DNA from: Tubiluchus corallicola
Taxonomy: Eukaryota; Animalia; Priapulida
Assembly: GCA_030141605.1 (NCBI GenBank)
Contig: JAQGDQ010000286.1
Span: 186,001 to 250,000 of the forward strand
Direction of reading: 5' to 3'
DNA: 64,000 nt
In this document: positions 1 through 51,114 of the stretch, piece after piece
Layout of the letters: each line of letters starts with the position of its first letter
How positions within the stretch are numbered: the first letter of the stretch is position 1
Notes under the pieces: model-generated
Databases searched by the model: none
Seen by the model: only the letters and a program-made list of their open reading frames with translations
Told to the model about the DNA's origin: nothing
Made by a program: the position numbers and the translations under genes

Positions 1-552
1 AATACACATATAATTAAGTAAATTCGACATAAAACAACAAGCAAATGGCGTTGCAACTGAAGTTACTGAACTGATGCAGCAGACAGCTTTGTTTTACTGA
101 CATGGCAGTTGTAGTTAAGATGTGTTGCTGGGGTTAACCTAACCTTTGCCTTACAGCAACTGAGCGTGCACATAGCGAAACTGTGAAAAGGCTCATTCTA
201 CTTTAGGCATGAAACTATAGCACCACACGATATTACTAGATGAGTTGGTTGTGGCAAACAATAGTAAACATGAACCTATTTGATTTTCAATAGCCGTGTT
301 GAATAAGTTTTATTTCATTAAAGTTTATTATGCATCTAACATACAGAAGGCTATAGTTATGACAGCAATGTAATTTAAAGCTAAACAGTTGTTAAAATTA
401 CAAAACTCATAACTTGCCAGAATCGCTCAAACTGCAGAGCCTTCATCAGGCCCAGTCGTCTCTTAAACTTGACAAAAGCAGATTTATTTTGCAATGTATC
501 AACAATCACATACTATTCATGGTTTTATTATAGAGCAGAACTAGATGGTAAA

Positions 553-39262
<38,710 letters not shown>

Positions 39263-42034
39263 TGTAGCGATTGAAACCTTCGCAAATTCCGGCTCACGCT
39301 TTCTACATGGAGACTTCAGCTATTCCTACAATAACCACAACAGAAAATTAAAATAAATACTTTATCCCTGCAATAAAATAAACGTTTACGCGGAGCAGCT
39401 ATAGAATAAAGCTTTCAACCCAAGAGAACTGCGTATTATGAATTTGCAATGGTCGCATAGTTGTATACCAAAGTTCGTCGCGACAAAGGCATTAACTTCC
39501 ACACATCCCTGATTAAATAAGATGACATGTGGTATCAGAAGAATTAAACACATGTGTCTGTGTAAACCGTAAACAAGCCAAAGTCCAAGACTAATAGTAC
39601 TCCGTAACTAGTGGTCAATCCATGGCGATTATGGGATTTAACAAAATGATAAAAAACAAGAATAGCAGAAACGCTAGCAGTGGTAACGATGACAGCAGAG
39701 ACAGAAGAAAACAATACAACAGCAGCAACAACAATGGAAGAAAGAGCTACAGTAACAGAAAAGGCAGCACTAGCTGCCACAAGCAACAAATTCCGAACAC
39801 CGCGTGTATGTTTATTGTTTAAATGTTTAAATTTACTTAATTGTGTAAACCATACATCTACATGCAAAACACGAACGTGACACACATTGTGACACACATC
39901 ATGCTTGTCAAGTTGCCAGTCAACTCGAATACCAAAATGAAAAACAAGCCTACGAAATTCATTACCTACGTTAACAGTTGTAGGCAATTAAGCTAAGTGC
40001 AATTTTAAACAACTTGTTGTATGACAGTAAAGTTGTAACACACTACATGAATACAGAAACATAAAATGCAAATTGTATTTGTAATACTATTGCAATTCCA
40101 ATACATACGAAAATGAAATGTTTACTTTCACCTCAATATAAAATATTTTTCAATAACACATACTACAAGCAGGCCTATAAAGTACTGTAACATAAGATCT
40201 ACGTAAATAATCGCCGAATTATTCCACCGTATATACAAGTACATTTAATTATGATTGATATCATACATGTACTTACACAAACGTGGACACCTACTTGCCT
40301 GTTTTGCCTATTTTGCATTACCTGGTCTAAGCCCAACAAACGCGCATTACAAACAAGTATCATATCTTATCACGTCTAAGTACATCTTCACACATAGGCC
40401 TACTGCATGCATGGCATGACCACTGACTTTCATGGTAGTGGTTTGTGCAGAATTTGCACCTGCAAGGTAGATAGCCGTTTAAAACACGTGTTTTGAACCT
40501 CTAGTAAGCCCCAGGCCATGAAAAGTCTGGTTCGACTTCATTTTGACTTTTGATTCCGCAGCTATAGGCATATATGTTTGTTTATTGGACCAACTTTACA
40601 AATACATGTAATGCGTCAGCAAAAAAAAGATACGACAAATTAAATCAATACCGAAGGAAACGTTTACTAAAGACAAAATCCTTTACAAAAGAAATATATG
40701 TGTAATGGTCCGGGGTATAGGACAAAATAGCAATTAATTCATACAGGTGACAAAAATAATTATCACAACATTGTTACAAAAAAGGAGTATTAATATCTTT
40801 CTACACTATTGTATCTGCATTTTATATAGGCAATAAATGATTCCTATTACTGACTCCTGACTCCAGAAAGAACACAATAATTTTACATAATTCGATATCT
40901 TGGCTACTCAATAAAAAGTCAAATTTATCATTGCCATTTGGTATGGCAGGAAATGTAGGGTACAACTTTTTCAATATTATTAAATCGTGTTATTACTGAA
41001 ACGTGGCATACTAACTAATGCTATGTGACGAAGAACGCAAAAGAGTTCTACGACCTGTGGAGAAAGTAGTGCGACGACCACTGTCTGCGCATGCACGGCA
41101 TTTAAAACGCGGCATGGCGACTACTAATAAAATGGTTTACGAATTTAAGCTTAACCGAGGAGTGAATTCATGTAATAAAATTCGGTGGTATTGGGTCATG
41201 GCGAAATTAGATACTGTAAACGTTTTGAAAATGCAACATAGGAGTCACATGGTTTTTATATTTTTTACCAAAACTGTTTTCCAGAGCACGCCCCGGCGTA
41301 TTTTTGGTTTGATGCGCTGAACCCTGCAGCAGAGCAGACTTACGGTTGCGTGGCAAGTGACAGGCGATATAGCCAGCAGGACTAATAAAAATACGGGTTA
41401 AATTGCAATCCTTCTCTTTGGCTGTAGATTAAACAGTTAAGATAAATGTGAGGAAGTCGACCGATGCTTGTAAGCATATTAAAATTCTGAAATCTAAATA
41501 AAGCATCATGAAATTGGCTTAAAATAGTAAAATTCTGAATACACACATGTACAAGCTTCTTGTGAATGTCACCAAACAAATTACACTTTTGTTAAACAGT
41601 TACACGTTTGCGAGTTAAGCGTATTAAACTCGCGATTAATCAATTAACTTGAAATAACGTACACGTAATTTCATTGTATATGGAACACTAGCTTGCAATG
41701 AAAGTATTCTCAAGAAACTGACGCACGTTTAAATTGTTTATTTTTTTGCATATATAAGATACGTGTATATAATGTGTATATAATAATGACAGACGATGGA
41801 AAATGAAGATGAAAAACTGCAGGGAACCGGTCATCTCAGCCTCTTTTAACTTGTGATCACGTGTTCGTGATTTCAGAATTGTGACGTAAATAAGTTTACA
41901 TATACGACAAAAGAGCGAACTCAAACAAGGTCAGACTAAAACGTGATACTTTTACTGATTTTAACCTTACCGTGTAACATTAACCGATAATCACCTTACA
42001 TACTAGCAACTCTCTTTCCTTTGATCTTTTCTTT

Positions 42035-42051
42035 TCTCTCTCTCTCTCTTT

Positions 42052-42145
<94 letters not shown>
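42035..42145. repeat. Compound (CT)n(AT)n microsatellite abutting a LINE fragment
   Basis: Directly visible. Confidence 0.97.
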
Positions 42146-42148
<3 letters not shown>

Positions 42149-43896
42149 TTAAATCAATATGTGGACTGTGAAGTCGAGTTGTTTAGTGGCGCCCCCTTAA
42201 TGGGACATTACCCTGTGATATCCAGCTTTAATACGTCGCAAGCAAATTTGGCAGAAAAGAAACATGTGTTCGACATTAAGGGTAGCAATTGGACAGAATG
42301 GTCACGTAACATAGACGAGCGCTTGATGGCAAACGACGTAGTCTTTAATAACTTGTTATTATCCAATGACGTCATTAGTATGTGGAACTGGTTTAGAGAA
42401 ACTATTGCCGAAAGTAATATGTTGGCTCTAAAACGTAAAGTTATCTGCGCTCACAGTAAACCGTTCTGGACTGCAGAGCTATCACGGTTATCAAGACTTG
42501 TTCGACTCAGCAGGAAGAAGTTCAAAAGACACTCAAGCTACGAAAATAAACTCATCTATATTACTGACAAAGAAAACTTTGATAGTGAACTTAGTAGTGC
42601 TATGAATAGATGGCTACAGAGCAAGACAGAAAAACTAAATGTAGAAAAAGGTGCCATCTTCTGGAAAACATATAAACAAATTTTTAAAGGTGTAAATAGC
42701 AATAATAATAGTAGTGTTGATATATTAATTAGTACTCGGATAGTGCTGATTTATTATATAAGACTTTTTTTAGTGGGGAACACATGAACGCGGAAGAATT
42801 TGATGAAAACTGGAAAAATCACATTGAACGCTCATTATCAGTTATGGACTGGGAACAAAACGAAAATTTTTGTCTAAACAACTGGTTTAATTTACAAGAA
42901 TTAGAAAATGCAGTAAGTGAAGTGCGAACTGAAGGCAAGTCGCTTGACTCCGATGGGTTTCACCCAAAAATGATAAAACATTTTGGGCCAGTCGCAAAAA
43001 ATATTGTATTACGTATTGCAAATATGTGCTTAGAAAATCAATTATGGCCTTGGACGTGCACGAAAGTAATTCCACTAAAAAAACCTAACAAAATCGATTA
43101 TTCAAATGCCAGTAATTATCGTCCAATAACCATTTCTTCGTATGTAGGTAAACTTGTTGAGCGTTTAATATCAAATAGACTTAAAAATCATTTCTTTCAG
43201 TTAAACTGCATTGATACAGAGCAAGAAGGCTTCATAAAAGGCAAAAATACAGTACGTTATTTAACCAGATTAGTTACTGATATGGAAGACGACATTTTGA
43301 ATAATGCATACGGTATAACAATTTGCTGTGATTACGAAAAAGCGTTCGACAGTGTTTGGGTTGAAGGTTTATTATTTAAACTTATTTGTGCAAATGTACG
43401 AGGGTCTATGTTACGTCTTATAGCAAATATATTACAAAATCGCAATATCTGCATAAAGATAAATGATTATATGTCCGATCAATATCGATGCAATTTAGGG
43501 CTCCCACAGGGGTCAGTTATAGCCCCAATACTGTTTATATTTTTCATTGCAGATATGTTTTATAATATGCATGACTCTGTTAAAAAGTACAAGTATGTTG
43601 ATGATGGATCTTTGCATGTGTCAAATACAGACCCGCAAACCTGTGTTACAATTGCACAAAGCTGTTGTGATGTGCTTCACAAATGGTGCCAGAAATGGCG
43701 TTTAAAGATAAATACGTTACCTGGTAAGACAGAAGCATTGCTAGTAGGGGTATGGGATGAAAATAACAAGCCAGACAATTTAAAAATTAGTAACAATGAA
43801 ATATTGTTTGTTGAAGACAGCAAAATATTAGGCCTAACTGTTGATCGGAATTTAACATTTGTTAAACACGCGGGTAATGTTCATAAAAAGGTATAA
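42146..43896 (+). mobile_element. LINE ORF2 internal fragment (end of APE endonuclease, linker and reverse transcriptase), frameshifted, truncated at both ends
   Basis: Motifs GHYPV (SDH.P-like), KPFWT.EL, NYRPITISS, EQEGF, DYEKAFDSV, GLPQGSVIAP, YVDD. One frame break near 42735; the ORF stops shortly after the RT domain. Confidence 0.92.
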
Positions 43897-44735
43897 TTTC
43901 TTTAATAAAGATTTATTATTATAAAAAAATCAGTCTCTCTCTCTCTCACTCCTTGGCAATAAAATTTTGATTCGATCGAAATTTCTAAAAACCGAGTTAT
44001 CTAGGCTAAAGCCTGAGACGAGCAGAGATCACGAAAATTCAGCTTTGTAATCTACCACTTTGTGGACTAGTGGAGTCCGTACTCCTTAATGTGTAGTCCG
44101 TTCTCTTAATGATATATATATATTGTCGTCGTCGTTTACATTCATTTTAGCAACATCAGCAAAAGCAACAGTAACACCAGCAACTACAACAACAACAAGA
44201 CATCACCACCATTATAGTCATCGTCATCACAATCAACATCATCATCAGATACAGCAACACAAGTGTTGCAAACTTACTGAACCATTTTTGTAATTGTACA
44301 TGGCTTTGCAACAGCAGTGGCACTACATATTGCTAAGAAAAAAGAAATGCATTAAGGAAACCGCGCGGGCATATTTTAGTAAAATGGATCTATATAAGTT
44401 TAATTACGTACAGTGTCTACTTGCAAAAATAACTTAAACATGTGGCTAGTGCAGCTTGAAATCAAGAAGCCTCACAATTACTTATAATTTATGTTTACTT
44501 GACAGCACCTTGCAATTTTAAGTGATTGCATTCTGTAATTATAAGGTTTGTTTCTCACTTTAATTTCAATTTTCTCTGAAAAATCTAAAAATTCTAATAA
44601 CGTATGTTGGAATACAGTACATCACACAGCAGAACATGTATTGTTAAAGGGAACGGAGTAGCCACGTATGTCGTTGTATGCATGGGTAATGCAATTTTGT
44701 CTTGCAGCCTGGCGAAGTTTCTGTAGGTAAAACTA

Positions 44736-44936
44736 TGTGACGTTTACCTACCATCCGGAATGCGAATGCGTTAATGTAGGTGCGGAATAGATAAAATCGG
44801 TTTATATTGCTTTCACTGCACCCGTTTATCTGACTGCGGAGTGCGTTATTTTTTCTGCAGCTATTTCATATTTATACGCAGCTATTCCGTAAGTGGATAA
44901 CGCATAACGCATTCCGGATGCCAGGTAAACGACACT
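44736..44936. mobile_element. Palindromic PIF/Harbinger-like MITE
   Basis: ~35-bp imperfect TIR GTGACGTTTACCTACCATCCGGAATGCG / CGCATTCCGGATGCCAGGTAAACGACAC. Confidence 0.6.
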
Positions 44937-46022
44937 TAGCCCGTTTAGGCAAGCAAATACTATAGTCTACCTTTAAATAAAATTGTTTTCGTATCGCACA
45001 TTACACATTAAGAAAGGCATCGCACTCATAACAATTACCCAAAGCTAATATTAATTGAAAGAGGCGCAAAAAATTTGAACCTACAACCTTGAACTTTAAG
45101 CACACAACATAAGAACACACATATATATTATTGATTTTGCAATGTCATTAACAAGTTATGCAATTCCACATTCACAACATCGGATTTAGGCACAAGTTAT
45201 AAATATAGGCTACAAGTTGAAGCCTCGTGGTTGTACTTTTTTAGTACAGTTTATAAATTACAAAAATCCGCAATTTTATCAAGTAATTTCTAATGTATCA
45301 TATATCATGTATTTCTAACAAGTTATATAGAACCTACATTATGTTTAGGCTTTAGGAATTACTCAAAATGCTGCGCGAGAATTCATTTTCTGTGACAAAA
45401 TTAGACAAAATTAGTCATTTTCCTGACAATTATTTGTTTACAGATCTTGGAATGTAACGCTCATGCAAAAATCTCTGGCAGCACGTGTATTCGCACACAC
45501 CTACAACCTTATAATTTTTGCGAAGGTGAACCCTCTGTGGGGTTAAACCCACAGTTCCATTAATTATGAAAGAGATAATAAGCAAAAAATCAGGGTGCTG
45601 GGATTTGCAGCTCTCTGAAAGTTGCCATTTCATGAGATCTGCAGTATGATGCAGTAACGATTTTTTGCATTTTACTTAACTAGTTACTTTATGACATCAG
45701 TAGCAGTTGTTCGAGAATGCTATATATTATAAGATTTTCCAGATGTGTTTACAGCAAGGTACACCGACCCCCAAGCATTTATGAAAACGTGTTTTGAAAC
45801 AACATGAACCATTTTATTTGTCAATGTTACTTTTTAACCGAGACTGAAAGGTCAACACGTATTTAATATAAGGTATCTCATCTTAGTAGGTGTGTGGGTG
45901 GCAGGATGGACTGTAGACTGCGAACTCCACGTCTTTCCCAGAACTTAGGGCATCATGATACGTAAATCCAACGTTGGTTCGGAATTACAGAATTATTGCG
46001 CGCAGGCTTATTTATTTATTAC

Positions 46023-48476
46023 TGTAGGGAGCCGAGTAACCCACTAGCGCAAGTAGACCACTTCCGGTAAAACCCATGCGCTAATAGTGTCCTACATGGG
46101 CAGCCCCAAGTAGGACACTAGCGATTTTTGTCGAGAATCGGTAATTTTGTTAAATTTTTAAAAATTCTGTGAAAGTTTCTTCATTTTATTAAAAATTGTG
46201 CTTGTTGGTTGAGTTGTCGTCAGTTTGGCGTCATGAAAGCTTGCTTGACCAGGTGTTTAACTCAGCATGCTTACCTTATATTCAGAGACGCAGATGATTT
46301 TAGGAACGGCTACAATTATAGCAACTATTGGTCTTCGTCAGGGAAGCCCGACATCGTGTTTTCTTTTTACCTTGTACCTAAACTTGTTCGTGAGGCGAAT
46401 TAAACACGAGTGTGGAATAGATGACTTTCTTGGTTGGGTTCATTGTTTACTGCTTATGGATGATACTGTCCTGCTTGCCACGTCCAGAAATGAGGCCATA
46501 AAGAAACTTTCTTTGCTTTTAGGATTTTGTGAAGAATCAGGAAAGGTCATCAATGTAGAGAAGACAAAATTTATGGTGGTGAACGGTTCCCTAGCGGACA
46601 GAGTGGAATTTGTAGTTGACAATTTGTGTGTGTGCTGAATTGCAATGATTACACTTATTTGGGGGTTGTCTTTACTCAAGATGGATCGCCCGATGCTGCT
46701 GTTAGGGAACATTTTAAATCCAGGCAGCCACACGTGATGAAATTTGTCTCTTTTGTATCCAAGAACATCGACTTTCCATTTTGGATAAAACGGAAGGTGC
46801 TAGAATCTGCATTGCTCTCGTCCATACTTTATGGGTGCGAAGCCTGGATATGTGGCAGTGCCCGTATTGGCGAGGTTCCGTACCGCACTACTATTAAAGC
46901 TCTACTGGGGGTTCGTACATCTACCACAAACGACGTTTGCTTGCTAGAGCTTGGCATGCCCTCACTTGAAGCGAGGGTAAAAAACGTACAAAAAAAGTTC
47001 GTTTCGAAGTTGGTAAGCCAGCGTCACGCTATGACGGATGACCCGTTTATGCTGGTATGGAATTTATGTAAAGATACACGAACAAAGATACACGATGTAA
47101 AATATTTAGACAATGTTATGTCTACAGCGGATCACGTACAAGTAGATGTAGAGAGACGAAAGACTCATGTCCGAGCTTTTAATCGTACAAAATGCAAGAC
47201 TTATTTGGAAATAAATCCCAATTTGTCTGTGCATCCAATGTATGGGAAGACAGAGTTACCTGAGCACAAACGTATAATCATCACAAGAATAAGGGTCTCA
47301 TCACACAATCTAGCTATAGAAACAGGTCGTTGGGCAAATGTACCTCGTGAGCGCAGGCTGTGTCTTTGTGGAGAAATTCAGACAGAAGAGCATTTTTTGT
47401 GCGAGTGCCATGAAAATGCACTTTATAGATCACTGTACGCGTTAAATTATAGTAATATTGCAAATTTATTTGATGGAGAATTAATGTCAATTGGAAATTT
47501 CATTTACGACTGTATGCATAGATTTGTTAATTAAATAGTATAGCTTTGTTAGCGGACACATAACCGCATCACGGAGATTATCACATAGGTAAAATATTTG
47601 TATAATACATGTGTACAAATGTTTAGTAAATAGGTTTTTTTTCGGTTCATGGAGTGTACAACTAAATTTGCATATCTGTGTGTATACCTGTGCAGCTATG
47701 TTGAGTCAAATTGTTAGTATGATCTGGAAATCATTACCCGAGCTCTGCCCGCTAATAAAACCATCGGGTATGCGTTGATTTTGTAATTTCGTGTTTGGAA
47801 ATTTGATTTTCAGAAATAAAAAAAATATCTATCTATCTACGCAGGTATTGTTTTGCGATGAGTTTTGTAACTCGTTTACTGAAGTCTGGTAACAAAGCAG
47901 CTCATTTAGCACTCTAGCATTGTTCAGCAGTATGGTTATAATAGAGGTGAAATGAAACAATACTACAGGAACAATACATTTAAGAAAAGCAAGGATAGTT
48001 TTAATATTATCAGTAGTATTGTAACATGTAGGGCACTGTCCTACATGGCTCGCTAGCCCACGCAGGACACATAGATCGCTAGAACGTTTACTTATAAGAA
48101 AACAATTATTTGCCCAAGAGGTAGTGAAACGGATCACCTGTTTGTGAAGTTAGACAAAATCAAAAAATGATATACCTTAAAGAAATGTTGAATTCGCAAA
48201 AAAGTGGTTTTTTCACTTCAACAACATTAATGTCGAAACCAAATTTAATATTGTCCGTTCTACCAGCTCAGAATAAAATTCTTTTATTTTATTAGATGTA
48301 TAATAAATTATTCAACGTGTAGTAACGTTTTTAATTATTATTATTACATAAACAAGCACAACGGACGGTGTCAGTACACTTAACGACTCAATTCGCGACC
48401 CGTCTCTAGTGTCCTACTTGGGCAGCCCATGTCTGCCGCGTCTTACTTGGGCTAGTGGGTTACTCGGCTCCCTACA
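46023..48476. mobile_element. Non-autonomous TIR DNA transposon with TGT...ACA ends and 5-bp TSD (Ginger2/TDD-like by terminal structure)
   Basis: 26-bp perfect TIR TGTAGGGAGCCGAGTAACCCACTAGC; ATTAC at both 46018-46022 and 48477-48481; inner inverted copy CCCAAGTAGGACACTAG. Confidence 0.85.
46294..47838 (+). mobile_element. 5'-truncated LINE (RTE-X-like) nested in the TIR element; RT 3' half plus C-terminal Cys/His domain
   Basis: GLRQGSPTS..LF, LLMDDTVL, YTYLG, SHNLAIETGRW..RLCLC..EEHFLCEC. Frameshift at the (TG)n run 46625-46634; A-rich/(TATC)n tail; ACGCAG at 46288-46293 and 47839-47844 as TSD. Confidence 0.9.
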
Positions 48477-50145
48477 ATTACAACTGACACAAAACTTCAG
48501 AACATAGTATGTTTGTACATGTATAAGCTATTAATGGCACTGTTATGGTAGCAGCAAAGTATACTGTAGTAGAGTACCAAAACTGTAGTACACCATGGTG
48601 CCACCTACAGGAATGCAGCAAAAAATTCATTTTACCTGTATGAAAAGTAAGCCTTGCAGTTGAGTCCACAGACGTTGTCCAATCGTTATTATCCGTACCA
48701 TCATAAACGGAGGTCTTACACAGACTGCGACAAATCAACGAACGCATGCCGTTTCAACCTTTTTACTTCTAGTACTGTACACGTATTTACCACAGAAACC
48801 TTGATAACACAACATCTCCAAGCATGTGATTTTAAAAACACCTCCTGTACGTCAATAAACTAATTCTCTTAAAAAAATGAGTAAATGTTGAAGCAATTGC
48901 AGTGAGTTTCTTATTGCCGAGTTGTGATATTTCCACGAGCATAATGTAACACTCGTATTTCCGAACCACATCACCGTGCTTTCAAAATATGTATATGTAC
49001 TATTATTATTGACGTGCTGACAATAAGGCGCATATTTCTAAACTAGGTAGCAACCACACACTGCAGCTTCGTCATCAATACAACCACGCTGTTAACTATA
49101 CACACTGCGACTCGTGGTAGAACAATTTTGTGATCACCCCCGTGAAAATACGGGCGAGTATCTTATAAATAGCGCACTCCCCAATCCTGTGCGACGTGTA
49201 TTACCAGAAACTTACTGTACTACAGCCAGACATACAGCCTACGCAAAACTCAACAGTGAATTGACGAACACGAGTACGCTTCTAATCGTTATTATACACG
49301 TCATAGCTTTTGTCTTAGCAGCTTCTTCTTGCATTTCCAATCAGCTAAGTGCTGAAGTAGCTCAGCTGAAGATGTACAAGCAGTGGAGTCTGAGGCCCCT
49401 TGGGAGCATCGTATGCAGTTTGCTTAAAAAAAGCGCACACCATTAATTTTTCTGCAAAACGGGTGGCGACTGAGTAAACTTACATCTGCTTCGGTCGCTC
49501 GCAGCAATACAAAGAAATAACTATGACCTCTTCATCTCGTTTCCCGAGCAGGTCCTGTAATGCTCAAATTCTATAAACAGAGCGCTGCATGAGCGGCTGT
49601 GTATACTCATCGATAAAAATTTCACTGACCCACGAAAAAAAATCACACATCCAAATGGCTTTATGCTGGTGGCTCATTGATATAATAGTACCACTTGAGT
49701 ACATGAATAATCAAAAATTAAGTGCTAAGCGTTAAACTTTTTATGAACGCTAATGCTGTGTCTCTATATGCAGTTTCGTTTAGCAATCTCCGTCTAACAC
49801 AGCACAAGCAGTTCATGGAAACAAGGATATATTAAGAAACCATATTGTAGACAACCATGAAAACTAATGTGATAACTAACCCTATTACTGTAAATGTGGC
49901 TGATTTTCATAACATGGCTATTGTGGTTTTCTTGTAAAAAAACTCAACAAAATCAGTAAAAATCTAAACTTCTTTAAATTTAATGCAATATTTTTTATCA
50001 TCGCTAAGCAGTTGCGCTCTCCTGTCTCAATTTATTATGTTTTGCACTGCACAAGAAATTTGCATAAACGAATTTTACAGCTGATCATCTACTGATAGCA
50101 AACGTTGCATTTTAAATGATCAGAGGTTGTTTTTCTATTACTTAC

Positions 50146-50256
50146 AAATAAAAACACCACACTTCAAGACGGAAACAATCACGTATTAAAACATAAAATA
50201 AAAACACCACACTTCAAGAAGGATACAATCACGTATTAAAACATAAAATAAAAACA
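50146..50256. repeat. Tandem duplication, ~50-bp period
   Basis: AAATAAAAACACCACACTTCAAGA.GGA.ACAATCACGTATTAAAACAT twice, plus a partial third start. Confidence 0.9.
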
Positions 50257-51114
50257 CAGAAGCAGAAAAGAAAATCACAGACCACAATCACAGAAACTGG
50301 AAGATTGCGACACAAACTTTTTAAAAATTAGTACTAGCATCCTTTTGTTATTTTACCTTTCTTCCTCTTGTTTACCGCCTGATGACAAACGCCATTGCCA
50401 TTTAAAACGCAGAGCTTTTTCAATGTTTTGTCAGTGGAATTTTTTTTAATAATTATGACTGTTCTTGTCATTAAGAATTAAATTTGTATCTAATTAACTC
50501 ATTTCATTTAATAACAGTTTTTTCACAAAACTGAATCACAAATTTTCAATACAGAAAAGCATCATTTAGCAGTTGATTAATGGGGCAAGGTAATCAATAC
50601 TTACACTTTTTCAACAAGTAAAATTAACCGCTGGAGCTTGAGATCTATGGGAAAGACTAGAAGTTTTATGACAGGAAGTTGGGCTACAAACCTGAAGATG
50701 ATTCAATTTTGTCAAAATTTATAAAATACTGTATATTTATATGTTTTATATATACAGTACATATAAAGATACGTAAACTTGCTAAATTTGCATAAGTCTA
50801 GAACTAGCTGTAAAAACCTGGGAGATTTTTTCTGTGGAATGGGAAAACTATTAAAAATTGCCTCTGAATTTCAAGTAAAAAAGCATCTCGAAGTTTGATT
50901 ATGATCTCTCAACTATCGTACCAAGTTGATGACTGTTTTTCGTATATTTTAGTAAATTTGTTCAAAGGCGAACCAGGAAGATGCAGAAAAGGAATGTCAG
51001 CCAAACTGTGACAGTCCAGGCAAACCAAATGGCTGACCAAGAAAGCCAGAGGTGGCTAATTACTGCATTTTACTGACCATATACTGAACTAATCAATTAT
51101 GGTACAAATTGGTG

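Noticed and set aside
39544-39987. 147-aa minus-strand ORF and overlapping plus-strand ORFs
   Set aside because: Driven by a low-complexity ACA/GCA-rich tract; no recognisable domain.
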